From the NCBI RefSeq assembly GCF_004010195.1, contig NC_057754.1, positions 6,184,583 to 6,248,582 on the forward strand: a stretch of 64,000 nt of DNA. The letters are read 5' to 3'. This document shows positions 38,501 to 51,386 of the stretch, piece after piece. Both the position numbers and the translations under genes were made by a program. This stretch comes from Chiloscyllium plagiosum. Lineage: Eukaryota. Numbering within the stretch: the first letter of the stretch is position 1; each line of letters starts with the position of its first letter. The notes beneath the pieces were generated by a model, which saw only the letters and a program-made list of their open reading frames with translations, made no database searches and had not been told where the DNA came from.

Positions 38501-41500
38501 ACATCCCTGTCCCGCCTAAAACATCTGTACCCTGGTACATTAAGCTGCCAGTCCTGACTCTCCCTCAGCCATTTTTCTGTTATGGCTATAATATCCCAGT
38601 CCCACGTACCAATCCACGCCCTGAGTTTATTTGTATTACCTGTCAGCCACTTTGCATTGAAATAGATGCAATTTAATCTAACAGGCATTCCTTGCTCCCT
38701 ATCATGTGCCAGCCTGACCTGTGTCTTCAACTTACTATTTCTGATTGCTGTATCTCCTTCCAGCCTTGCACTTGCCCCCCTGGTCTTCAGACTACCACTC
38801 CCTGCCAATATAGTTTAAACCCTTCCTTGTAGCACTAGCAAAACTTGCCACCAAGATACTGGTCTCCTCCCCAGTGCATGTGGGGAGGAGACCACACGGT
38901 ATCAATGTCAACATCACCAGTTTCCTCATCTCCCCTCCCCCACCTTATCCCAGATCCAACTCTCCAACTCGCCACCACCCCCTTGAACTGTACAACCTGA
39001 CCATCTTCCTTCCCACGTATCTGATCCACCTTCCGCTCTGACCTATCGCTATCACCACCCACCTTCATCTAACTATCACCTTCTAAGTATCCTTCCCCCA
39101 GCCACACCTCCTCCCATTTATCTCTCAGCCCCCTTGTCTGAAATGTCCCAAACCCTGCTCCTCAGATGCTGCCAGATCGACTGTGGTTTGCCAGCACCAT
39201 ATTTTTTGACTGTGATCTCCAGCATCTGCAGTCCTCACTTTCTCCTGCAGAAGGATTTGGACAGGTTAGGAGAGTGGATAAAGAACTGGGAGACGGAGTA
39301 CAGTGTCGGAAAATGTGAGGTAATGCACTTTGGTAGGAAGTCGAGAGGCATGGGCTATTTTCAAAATGGGGAGTAAAATTAGAAATCTGAAGTGCAAAGA
39401 GATTTGGGATTTCTAGTCCAGGAGTTTCTAAAGGTAATCTTGCAGGTTGTCAGTAGTTAGAAAGACAAACACAATGATGGCATTTATTTCAAGAGGGCTT
39501 GAATATAAAAGCAGGGATGTACTTTGGAAGCTGTATAAGGCTCTGGTCAGACTACATTTGGTGTATTGTGCACAGTTTTGGGCCCCATATCTCAGAAAGG
39601 ATGTAGTGGCCCTGGAGGATGTTCGGAGGAGATTCACGAGAGTAGTCCCAGAAATGAAAAGCTTAACGTATGAGAAACATTTGAGAACTCTGAATCAATA
39701 TTTGATGGAGTTTAGAAGGATGTGGGGGGTATGTAATTGAAGCTTACAGAATATTGAATGACGTGGACAGAGTGGATGTTGAGAAGATGTTTCTATTAAT
39801 AGGAGAGACTAGGACCCGAGGGGGCAGCGTAAAGGGAAGATCTTTTAAATCAGAGATAAGGAGAAACTTCTTCAGCCAGGGAATGGTGAATCTGTGGAAT
39901 TCACTGCCAGAGAAGGCTGTAGAGGCCAGGTTATTGAGAATATTTAAGATAGGTAAGTGCTTGATTGTCAAGGGAATCAAGGGTTATGGGAAGGAAGTGG
40001 GAGAATGGGGTTGAGAAGCCTCACAGCCATGATCAAATAGAAGAGCAGACTCAATGGGCTGAATGGCCAAATATCTGTTCCTATGTCCTCTGGTCTTTTG
40101 GTTAATATTGGTTCTCCTCATTCCTCATTATATATACGTCCTTGAATCTGGCCTTCATATGGTTTCTAAAGAGAAACTTTCCAATTCTGATGACTGGGCA
40201 ATAACATTATCCCTCCCTCCAGTCTCAGGAGTAATTTCCCCCAATTCTCTCTGTTTCTGTCTCCTCCCCAATGTTACAATCACGTAGTAATTGAAGTCCA
40301 ATAAATGGCACTTAATCAGAGTTCATTGCAATCTATAACATCAGCAGCTGACCCCCACTTGCCCTCTCTGATATTCGAATAACAATCTGACTTGTATTTG
40401 TCATGTACAAGTCTCTGTTAACATATACATACAGTTTGTCTGTTATGACCCATATAGTCTTAAGCACATTTTCTCGTCAGATTATGGACTATAAACGTTC
40501 TCTCAACATGAAAATTACTGATCAGTAGTTGCAGGCTGTATGTTTCCATTTATAAACGGATAAATCTATTAATGTTCCAACAATCCTTTGGCATCAATCC
40601 CATATCCAAGTCTGATTGAATCAATCCACCATCTCCAACATTTCTTCCATTCAGTCCCCCCCCCGAATGTGTACATTTTAAACGTTATTTTGAACTTTAA
40701 TAATATCAGTATTGAATTGAAAGGGGTTAACTGCAATTATTTGGTCAGCGACTGTGATTAATGTCAAACTCCAGTGGATTCTAATTATCCCACAGGAGTG
40801 TGTTCATCGTTTAATAATAAATGGGCTCCATTTAATATGTTATCCCATAGCATGAGAGGGAGCATCACCGACAGCACTAACAGGGATCAGCAGCTTCAGA
40901 GAGAAGGGAAGGAAAGATCAGATTCTTACAACAATAGACTGGAATGTTCCAGCAATGGATCAGAATCTGAGAACATTAGACGGGAATGTTCCAGCAATGG
41001 ACAGGAGTTTATCTGAGGGTCTTGACTGGCTTTCTCAGCCTTGGATATCATTAGCATCGCGATTCCAGGATATCCTTTGGATTATTCAAGGTGGTTACTC
41101 TCCCAGCCTCGCTACAGTTAGTGTTCCCAGTAAGTCATTGAATTTTTGCTAATGATATGTAAGATTTGGAAAAGTGGAAATCAATGTTTTAGGTTCCAAT
41201 CAAAAATTCCTTTCCTTGTAAGTTCTATAAAGCAAATTATTATTTAAAAGTTATTCACTGATATGGGTGGAGGACCCAGACTGTTCTCAAACTTCATCAT
41301 CCTGCACAGATTTTCATTTCCATATCCTCCCCACCCACTAATCCTGTCCAGGACCACCATTATGACGTCACAGTCTCCGCCTCCGCCTCAGTGCAACTGC
41401 TGAATAAACCATTGTTTGTGCCTTTGTTAATTCCGGATATAGCTGTTTAATGTCCCTTCTAATCATGCGTCCATTGCAAAATAATTGCACTTGGGATGCA

Positions 41501-43925
41501 TAAATTGATCTCTGCACAGAATCTGTCAGATGGGAAGACAGTGTATGGAGCTCCAGTAATTGATTCACAATCTACTGCCATAGAATAATAATCCGTTGAT
41601 ATCTCATGAAGGAAATTGATATAATTAAAATGGAACGATTATCATTTGTGAGACAATTCCACCTGCTTGCCTCATGTCTTTTAGAGAAGACAATGTGCCA
41701 TTCTTCCCTGATCAGGTCTCCGTGTGACTGCAAACCCACAGCAATGTTTTTGACTCTTTACTGTCCTGTGGAACAGCTGAACCAGTCACTCAGTTCAAGA
41801 TAGGCATGACATGCTAGCCTGACCAGGGCTGCACACATCCCGTGAGGGAAGAACAAAAGGAAACATAGCTCTCTTCCTCTGCCTGTTTCCCATATTCCTA
41901 CAGCGTATTCTATCTATTTGCAGTTATTCACAAGAGTCATATTCATCTCCGTCTATGGTGTTGGCTTTATTGCTGTTGATGTACAGACGTAAGGAACTTG
42001 TAAAATCCGCATCAGTCGCAGAGCAGAGAAAAGGAATGTCTTTTTACGCCACAGGACAGAAACAGAGACGACTACGAGTGGGAAAAGAATTATTGTGATC
42101 AAGCCTGAGACTGTTGTCGAGGAGGTATTTGGAGTATTGTGGACAGGCTGTCACTCCTTTATAAGGAATCATCTCCTCGCCACAGAGAGTGTGCAATGGA
42201 GTTTCACCAGACTAATTCCTGGGATGGTGGTACCATGAAGAGTGAGTGAAGGTAAATCTGTAGCGCGGTGAGGGAATATGACGTGATTGCATTGAACCTT
42301 GAGGGGTATGGACAATCACTCATTATGTTCTAAACAGACACTAAGAATGAGATAAATTCCGTGATTTGTTTTTTTTTACTCGGGTTACATGATTCTCAAT
42401 AGTTTAAATGCCTCTGAAAATACTTCCCCCACTTCACCCCCACTCCCCATGTCGATTGAGAGAGTGTTTGAGACTTTTGAATAAACTCTCCCCACATTAA
42501 TATAGTGCATCTGATGGATGATCCTGCACTGAACGTCACGTTATCCACAATCCCGACAGCAGCCAAAATACCATCATTCTAAAAGAGTTAACTATTGCCA
42601 CCAGCTTCTGACCCCTATGGAGAACATGGGAATGTCTCCTCGGAGATGGAAAATGCCTCCTTGAGACTTGACACAAAACATTTGTCTTCCCTCCTCACTG
42701 CTAGCAAACCACGTTAAAGTGTCACGTGTCCCACAAACAATGGAACCATGATTAACTTCATGGATCCTTCTATCAGTGCAGTATCTGCTTCATTGGTTTG
42801 CCATGATGGAGCATCAATGACATACTCCTGTTCTGTATCAGCCCTTAAGGGGCTGAATGACCTCATCCTGGTCCCATGGAACAGGTTCAAGTGTCTGATT
42901 GGACTCTGCACGTTTCTGTTTAACAATTAGATGCACTGACCAGACTGCTTCTCTTCCTGTGGAAGAGGCAGAAGGATTGAATGGGCAGTCACTCTTCCTG
43001 CTCAGTAATTTCAGTCATGACTTCCACATATCCGTGTGCAACCAGCTTTAGATGCAGAATGAGCTCCTCTTTTCATTGTGGAAATGTGCAGTGTCTGGCG
43101 GCTCTGTTACATGAATGTTACCGACACTTTAACAGCACAGGCCTGAATGGTGTCCAGGTCTCGCTGCACATGGACACAGACCAGTTAAGGAGCTGACAGG
43201 GGACAACATGTTCTGAACGTTGTGTGATCTTCAGTGACTATCCCAATTTCTGATCTTATGGTGGGGGAAAGACATTGATGAAGCAGCTGGAGATGTTTGT
43301 GACAAGGAAGCTATCCTGAAGATCTCCTGCAGAGATGTCCTAGGACTGAAAGGATTGATGTCCACAAACCACGAATATCTTCCGTTGTGCTATGGATGAC
43401 CACAACCACAGGAGATATTGTGGCTGATACATGTTAAATTTAATTTAGTCAGCGTTTGTTGATACCATCCTGATTCAACTCCTGCCTTGATATCAGGGTC
43501 TGTCACTCTTAGCTGGACTCCTGAGTTCACCTCATTTGAACATATCAATAGGTTATTGTGTCTGTGTGGGAAGTGTTTTCTTCTCACAAACGGTAGTGAA
43601 TGCCAAGAACGATCTGGGCTAGAGAGTTCAGGGAGCTATATCACTGAATGTACTTACAGAGGAGATAGATTGCTTTTTGACCTCTATCATTGAGTTGAGG
43701 TTTGTGAATAATTGGGAATTGAATGGAGTTGATGCCAACAGTGGATCATCCATGATCGTATACAATGGCAAGGCAGGATTGACCGGACGAATGATCTCAT
43801 CCTGTTCCTTGTGTTCTCATCTCCTGTCACTGGAAAGTTAATGGATGTAATTTTCTTGAATGTTCTGTCTTTGAATGTTGCAATCAGAGATAGCAAAGTA
43901 TTTTGTGTATCATCTCTGAGTGTTG
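31565..43925 (+). repeat. ~6.1 kb direct tandem duplication (31565-37642 vs 37849-43925) across a 206-N gap
   Basis: The same ORF set recurs at an offset of ~6284; copies differ by scattered SNPs and two ~9-bp indels. Confidence 0.95.
32961..33810 (+). mobile_element. CR1 RT C-terminus and 3' end; duplicated at 39245-40095
   Basis: LQKDLDRLGEW, KCEVMHFG, LYKALVRLHLVYCAQFWAP, RRNFFSQGMVNLWNSLP. Confidence 0.85.
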
Positions 43926-43948
43926 TTTGTGGGCTGTATTCACAGTGA

Positions 43949-44163
43949 GTTGAAAAATGTGATGCTGGAAAAACACCGCAAGCCAGGCAGCATCCGAGGA
44001 GCAGGAGAATCGACGTTTCGGGCATAAGCCCTTCTTCCTGAAGAAGGGCTTATGCCCAAAACGTCGATTCTCCTGCTCCTCGGATGCTGCCTGGCTTGCT
44101 GTGTTTTTCCAGCACCACATGTTTCAACTCTGGTTTCCAGCATCTGCAGTCCTCACTTCCTTT
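43949..44163. mobile_element. Penelope-type terminal-repeat insertion forming a ~90-bp-arm hairpin, with 14-bp TSD
   Basis: TGTATTCACAGTGA at 43935-43948 and 44164-44177. Arms 43947-44037 and 44040-44130 are near-perfect inverted repeats. Centre reads CTGAAGAAGGGCTTATGCCC(A)AAACGTCGA. Confidence 0.75.
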
Positions 44164-45428
44164 TGTATTCACAGTGAATCTGGGTTCACAACATGACCAA
44201 CAAATGAACCACAAGTTGCAGAGAGGAAACACTCTGTAAAGAGACCAGAGGCGTCATTGGAACCCAGCTTGGATTTCCTAATAACATTTTCCAACCCACA
44301 CCAAATCATGTGTGGCAACCTGGAGGGACTGAATGATATATTGTGTTACTGTGGACCAGGTATTTGGAGAAAGTGGCCTCCATTTGCTCCTATACAGGGG
44401 CTGAACAGCACATAGGAACATTTGAGTGAGGAGCAGGAGTGGGTCATTAGCAACTTTGTCACTGCTGTACCAGGCATTAAGATCGTAGCTGATCTGGTTG
44501 TGGTCTCAGCAGCACTTTTCTGTATGTGCACCATTTTCCTTCGCTCACTTGAATGTCAAATATTTAACAGACACAACTTTGAATAAATGTAAACATCCAA
44601 GCATCACAAACATCTGGGGAAGGGAATTCCCACTTGTACAGTCCTTTCAATATTTCTCATTCCTCTTCCAACCAATGTTGCAGGGTCAGTGATTCCTTTT
44701 GCAGCCCCACTTCTCCACTGGTTACCACAAATTCCAAAGTTTAGTGATAAGGCCAATGATATAAGTGCCAGGCTGACTTATATTCTAGAAAAAAATATGT
44801 GAGAAAGACACACACATGCACCTGCATACACACACAAAGACACACATTTTAAGGCAAAACAGAAAAATGAAAGCTTTCCAGAGTTTCATAATAGCTGAAC
44901 TCTTAACAAATGGAAAAATGACAGAGTGTCCCAAATGTTACTCTGTCCTCTGAAGTTCTTTCGCTCACACAAGGTGCTGGTAATGCAATATCAACCTGGA
45001 ACAGTTAGATTTGGCTCAATTCCCTTTGAGTCAGATAGTGGAAAGATGCCAATGAATCTTTTTTATCAGGAAATCTCCACGACTGGTAAAGATGACCCAG
45101 GGTTTTTTTGTCTCTTGTCAGGCCGAACAAAATGAGAGAGAGAGAGAGAGAGCGCAATAGGCTGCTGCTTCTGAGGCAGGTGACATTTTCTCCCTCTCTG
45201 TGTTGAAACACGCAATAATGTCAACTGAACACCAAAATGGACCATCTGCGATTTCCTTAAACATTTTTTGGAATGGATGATGATGGACTATATGCATGTG
45301 CATCGTTACTGTTGTACTGTTGTTCATTAGCAAAAAAAAAAGCTTTATAATTTGATGATATGTTCATATGTGTCAGCGTAATTTTTAAAAATCAGTTGAA
45401 GTCTTCATTATATCTGTGTTAAAATCAA

Positions 45429-46162
45429 AGTTACGACATAGGATGAAACCCTTCTGCTAATTTAAACCGGACAGAAAAACTCACCTTGCCTCGTAATCTG
45501 TAAAAAGTATGAATGAGAAAGAACTACCAAATCTCACTATTTACAGAAAACAATAATAGTTTATTAGTTAACTCCAAAAAAAGAGAACATTAAACAACAA
45601 CTTTCTACACTGTAAGCACCCTTGTCTGAACAAGTTATCTACCTCCCAATCTACAGCATTATACTGATCTGATAAAATCACCATCTAATTAAGAGTTACA
45701 AAAAAGGTTTTGAATTTCAAAACCAGCGAGTTACGTCGATTTTCCTGTGCATTTTCCTCTGTAGGTTTTTCAGGGTCTTTTCTTCGGCCTTCTGTTGCAC
45801 AGATTTCATAGAAACAGGTACCATTCAGAGAGTGATTCTGCAGGCAGTCTGCATTTGTTAGTGCTCTTTGCCGCTCTGGATAACTGTTCAAAATGCCCGA
45901 TTTTATAACCCAAAACATTGGATTGCCTCATTTGTTTGATATCATTAAAATTCAAATTCATTTGGATTTTGGTACCTTGGGCCGTAAGTTAAACTGATTG
46001 GCCAAATTTGAAATTGTTGTTTTCCATAGCACTCAGCTCAGCTACTTGTTTCAGCCAAATGTTACTTTTAAAAAATATTTTCGGCACACTCTGTGCTTGT
46101 TAAGTTCTTGCCAGCTTTCACACTGTTTTAAAGATATAGTACACGCCTATGCATTTTTAACA
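45429..46162. mobile_element. Probable solo LTR (734 bp)
   Basis: Termini (A)GTTA...TAACA, i.e. degenerate TGTTA...TAACA, flanked by the 5-bp direct repeat ATCAA (45424-45428 and 46163-46167). A related fragment (CCTCGTAATCTG) is at ~6172-6280. Confidence 0.6.
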
Positions 46163-47669
46163 ATCAACACATCTTATTTTTTAAATTTATTCAGTAGATT
46201 TGAATCGTGTATAGTTCAAAAGGATTTATCATCCCATACCTAAACTGATAATCCTTCGTATCAAAAGGCCTTCGAGGAACGTGTTGACAGAGAGCAGAAT
46301 AGTCATGTCTTGGGCACATTCCTGATGAACGGCTTATGCCAAAAACATTGACTTTCCTGCTCCTCGGATGCTGCCTGACCTGCTGTGCCTTTCCAGTGCC
46401 ACAGTTTTCGACTCTGACCTCCAGCATCTGCAGTCTCCCTGTCCAGATGCAGTAAAACATTCCTACAATTATAACGTGATACCTTTTCCCAGAAACAACA
46501 TCAACCCAAACCACATGCTGAATTTGCAAAATAACTTCATGGGGTAGAGGCTGCAGTTGGCCATTCAGCTGCACCATTCAGAATGCCCATGGCTGATCCG
46601 TCTCCTGTCTGTTCCCAATAAACATTGACTCTCCTGTGCAGCAAAGATCAGTCGATCTCAGCCTTGAATATCTTCAATAACCGAGTCTTCACTGCTCCCT
46701 GAGGATGAGGACATGACAGAGGGCACAACACTAAAGGGAAAGGGACATCCTTCTTTCATTGCAGGACACGTTATTTTAAAACTGTGTTAATCTAACATTA
46801 AATTGCTACCTCTTTTGAAACATAAGGACAGAATAATTCGGCTTAGACATAAATCATTCAGCCCTCTAAACGTGTGCAACATTACCACTGACTGTTTCCA
46901 ATCAAATATGTATTAAACTCTTTCTCTGCTCCTGTCCCAGGAAGAGAATACCAAATAGCACAACACCACACGAGCATTAAAATAAGGAGCAGAATTAGGC
47001 TATTCGGCCNNNNNNNNNNNNNNNNNNNNNNNNNNNNNNNNNNNNNNNNNNNNNNNNNNNNNNNNNNNNNNNNNNNNNNNNNNNNNNNNNNNNNNNNNNN
47101 NNNNNNNNNNNNNNNNNNNNNNNNNNNNNNNNNNNNNNNNNNNNNNNNNNNNNNNNNNNNNNNNNNNNNNNNNNNNNNNNNNNNNNNNNNNNNNNNNNNN
47201 NNNNNNNNNNNNNNNNNNNNNNNNNNNNNNNNNNNNNNNNNNNNNNNNNNNNNNNNNNNNNNNNNNNNNNNNNNNNNNNNNNNNNNNNNNNNNNNNNNNN
47301 NNNNNNNNNNNNNNNNNNNNNNNNNNNNNNNNNNNNNNNNNNNNNNNNNNNNNNNNNNNNNNNNNNNNNNNNNNNNNNNNNNNNNNNNNNNNNNNNNNNN
47401 NNNNNNNNNNNNNNNNNNNNNNNNNNNNNNNNNNNNNNNNNNNNNNNNNNNNNNNNNNNNNNNNNNNNNNNNNNNNNNNNNNNNNNNNNNNNNNNNNNNN
47501 NNNNNNNNNCGACCAGAATTCAATGCAACACTCTGAAGTTTGGCCTAATCAAAGTCTTACACAACTGCAGCATGACATCCTGACTCTTGTACTCAATTCC
47601 CCGAACAGTAAAGGCAAGCGTGCCATATGCCTTTTTTACCACCTTATCTACTTGCATTGCCATGAATTT

Positions 47670-48165
47670 CATAGAATCCCTACTGTGTGGAAACAGGCCA
47701 TTTGGCCCAATTAGTCCACACCGATCCTCCGAAGAGTACCCCACCCAGACCCAGTCCCTTTCCCTATTATTCTACATCTCCCCTAACTAATGCATCTACA
47801 CACCCCGAACACTATGGGACAATTTAGCATGGCCAATTCACCCTAACCTACATATCCCTGGGCACTATGGGACAATTTAGCACGGCCAATCCACCCTAAC
47901 CTGTACATCCCTGGACACTATGGGACAATTTAGCACGGCCAATCCACCCTAACCAGTACATCCCTGAACACTATGGGACAATTTAGCATGGCCAATCCAC
48001 CCTAACCTGCACATCCTTGGACTGTGGAAGGAAACTGGAGCACTTGGAAGAAACCCCACACAGTCACAGGGAGAACGTGCAAACTCCACACAGACAGTCC
48101 CGTGAGAGTGGGATCGAACCCGGGTCCCTGGCGCTGTGAGGCAGCAGTGCTAACCACTGAGCCAC
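47670..48165 (-). mobile_element. HE1-type SINE with four internal 53-bp tandem repeats
   Basis: A and B boxes on the minus strand at 48110-48165; unit CACTATGGGACAATTTAGCAyGGCCAATyCACCCTAAC... starts at 47810, 47863, 47916 and 47969. Confidence 0.8.
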
Positions 48166-49789
48166 TCAGGGAGTGCAGCACAGATACAGGCCCTTTGGCC
48201 CACCATGTCAGTGCTGACCCACAAACGCCAATCCCATTTACACTAATCCCATTTCCCTATCCTTGGTCCATAGCCGAGGCATTTTAAGTGCTCATCTATA
48301 TGCTTCTTCTGAAATGTTGCCTGAAGAACCTGCTATCATTCTCTCAGGGAGCACCTTCCACCTTTCTACCATCCTTTGGGTGAGAAATATTTCCTCAGAT
48401 CCTCTTCGAAACCACCTAGTCCTTCCCTCAAACTTATGCCCTCCGGTCGTAGATATGTCTGCCATGGGGAAATGATTCTCACAACACACTCCAATGTATG
48501 TCTCTCAATTTTACACATGTCAATCACCATCCATGACCAATCCCCTCTGCTCCAGGGAAAACAAGCCCAATCTAATCCAGTCCCTCTCACAACTGAGACT
48601 CTCCAGGGCAGGCAGCGCCTGGTGAACTTTCTCTGCACCCTCTCCATCGCAATCATGTCCCACCAATAATGCAGTGACCGGAACTCCACACAGTATTCCA
48701 CCTGCGGCCTACCTGAGGTTGGACAAAGTTATAAAAGGATGTCCCTGCTCTGACATTCCACAACCCAGTGCCATGTGTGCCATCCTCACTACCCTCTCTA
48801 GCTGCGTTGGCACCTTCAGAGATCTTGTAGACTTGTACACCAAAGTCCCTTCCTCAGTACTGTCTCTCGGGACATACCATCTATAGTGGTCCTGACTGGA
48901 CCTCCCAAAATCCATCATCTCATGTTTATCGGGATTAAATTCCATTGGTCTGCTTGGGCTGGCACCGTCCTCAGTGTGCGCATGGAACCTTGGGGGTCTG
49001 TTGACATTATCATCTCGTTTCAAGTCTCTTTGGCCAAGGTAAATGATTGCAGTCGAAAGTGGTGCAGAGACCTGCAGTGTCCCGACGAGGGGTAGGTCTT
49101 CCTGAGAAAGGTCTGCTGTCTTTCCTTCCCGCGGTAGTGTCCCCTCCTCCTGGGTCTGGAGCCCCAGGTTCAACCAGACATGCAAAGCAGGGGTGGTGGT
49201 AAAGCAGCGGGACTTTGTCACTCCAGGTGCCCAACTCTTTGTCAATCTGCATGCTCTCCTCTGTCCCATTGAGGACATCACCACAGAAGAGATTCCAAGT
49301 GTGGTGTTCGGGAAAGTGAACCCAGCCAATGAATCTACCCAGTGAATCAAGCTACAAATGGCTGCCTCTGTCCCACCCGCAGGGTAGTGTCACCGCTAGC
49401 AATCTATGAGAAACCCTCTGAAACTTGAAATGGCAAGTCCTTTGAAGGCATGCGGAGATGGGTTCTTGAGTTACCGAGTGGCTGAAAGATTACTCAAGGG
49501 TTTCGCGGGAGTGTGGAGTCAAACTTAAAATCAGGGCAGCCGACATCTTAGTTAGTAGATGGGCAGAGTGGTCTACTCATGTTTGTATGTCAGTACAGTG
49601 AGCATGACAACTAACATTGCTCTTGTGAATAAAATATAACCCATCCAATTTACTCACAGCCTTCAGGGATGGGGATATGGCAGCTGTATCCAGGAGCAGG
49701 GGTGAGGGGTGGTGGGATGTGAGGGGAGAGGATCAATGGTGATGCTCATGAGAGAGGTAAGGCATATTTTTCCCATCATTGCCGCCCCC

Positions 49790-51360
49790 TCCCCCCCCCC
49801 ACCACACATACACCTACTCACTCATACACGTTCTCGCACACACACTCAAGACACTCATGAACACATACAAACACTCATATACATACACAACACACAAAAA
49901 CACACACATGCACATTCTCTCATGTGTACCCTCTTACACGCGTACATACACACAGACTCACGCACACCCTCTCAAATGCACACATCTGCTCACACACACT
50001 AACACACACTCACTAACATATACTGACACACACTCAAACATACACAGACTCTCATACATCTCTCACAATCTCTCATAGACAAACACTCGGTCACACTCAC
50101 ACTTTTTCACACACGTGTACACTTTCTCCCACACACACTTCTCACGAACATGCTCACATCCACCCTCCTCCACACTGTCACACCCGCCCACACACGCACC
50201 ATCACACATTAACACATANNNNNNNNNNNNNNNNNNNNNNNNNNNNNNNNNNNNNNNNNNNNNNNNNNNNNNNNNNNNNNNNNNNNNNNNNNNNNNNNNN
50301 NNNNNNNNNNNNNNNNNNNNNNNNNNNNNNNNNNNNNNNNNNNNNNNNNNNNNNNNNNNNNNNNNNNNNNNNNNNNNNNNNNNNNNNNNNNNNNNNNNNN
50401 NNNNNNNNNNNNNNNNNNNNNNNNNNNNNNNNNNNNNNNNNNNNNNNNNNNNNNNNNNNNNNNNNNNNNNNNNNNNNNNNNNNNNNNNNNNNNNNNNNNN
50501 NNNNNNNNNNNNNNNNNNNNNNNNNNNNNNNNNNNNNNNNNNNNNNNNNNNNNNNNNNNNNNNNNNNNNNNNNNNNNNNNNNNNNNNNNNNNNNNNNNNN
50601 NNNNNNNNNNNNNNNNNNNNNNNNNNNNNNNNNNNNNNNNNNNNNNNNNNNNNNNNNNNNNNNNNNNNNNNNNNNNNNNNNNNNNNNNNNNNNNNNNNNN
50701 NNNNNNNNNNNNNNNNNNNNNNNNNNNNNNNNNNNNNNNNNNNNNNNNNNNNNNNNNNNNNNNNNNNNNNNNNNNNNNNNNNNNNNNNNNNNNNNNNNNN
50801 NNNNNNNNNNNNNNNNNNNNNNNNNNNNNNNNNNNNNNNNNNNNNNNNNNNNNNNNNNNNNNNNNNNNNNNNNNNNNNNNNNNNNNNNNNNNNNNNNNNN
50901 NNNNNNNNNNNNNNNNNNNNNNNNNNNNNNNNNNNNNNNNNNNNNNNNNNNNNNNNNNNNNNNNNNNNNNNNNNNNNNNNNNNNNNNNNNNNNNNNNNNN
51001 NNNNNNNNNNNNNNNNNNNNNNNNNNNNNNNNNNNNNNNNNNNNNNNNNNNNNNNNNNNNNNNNNNNNNNNNNNNNNNNNNNNNNNNNNNNNNNNNNNNN
51101 NNNNNNNNNNNNNNNNNNNNNNNNNNNNNNNNNNNNNNNNNNNNNNNNNNNNNNNNNNNNNNNNNNNNNNNNNNNNNNNNNNNAGACCCTCACACACACA
51201 CACTCTCTCTTTCTCTCAGACACACACCCACACACTCTCTCCCTCTCTCTCAGATCCCCCCATACTCACATCCTCTCTCTCTCAGATACCCCCACACTCT
51301 CACCCTCTCTCTGTCTCTGACACCCACACTCTCTCTCAGACCTCCCCCCACACTCCCACA
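49790..51360. repeat. (CA)/(CT)-rich low-complexity tract spanning the 50219-51183 gap
   Basis: Imperfect CACA/CTCT microsatellite on both sides of the N run. Confidence 0.9.
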
Positions 51361-51386
51361 GCCCCGGTGAAGATGTGCTGCCTGAC

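Noticed and set aside
48709..49350. 213-aa minus-strand ORF as the next neurexin exon
   Set aside because: No laminin-G or EGF motifs in any frame; its 3' part is CR1-derived (MEFNPDK).
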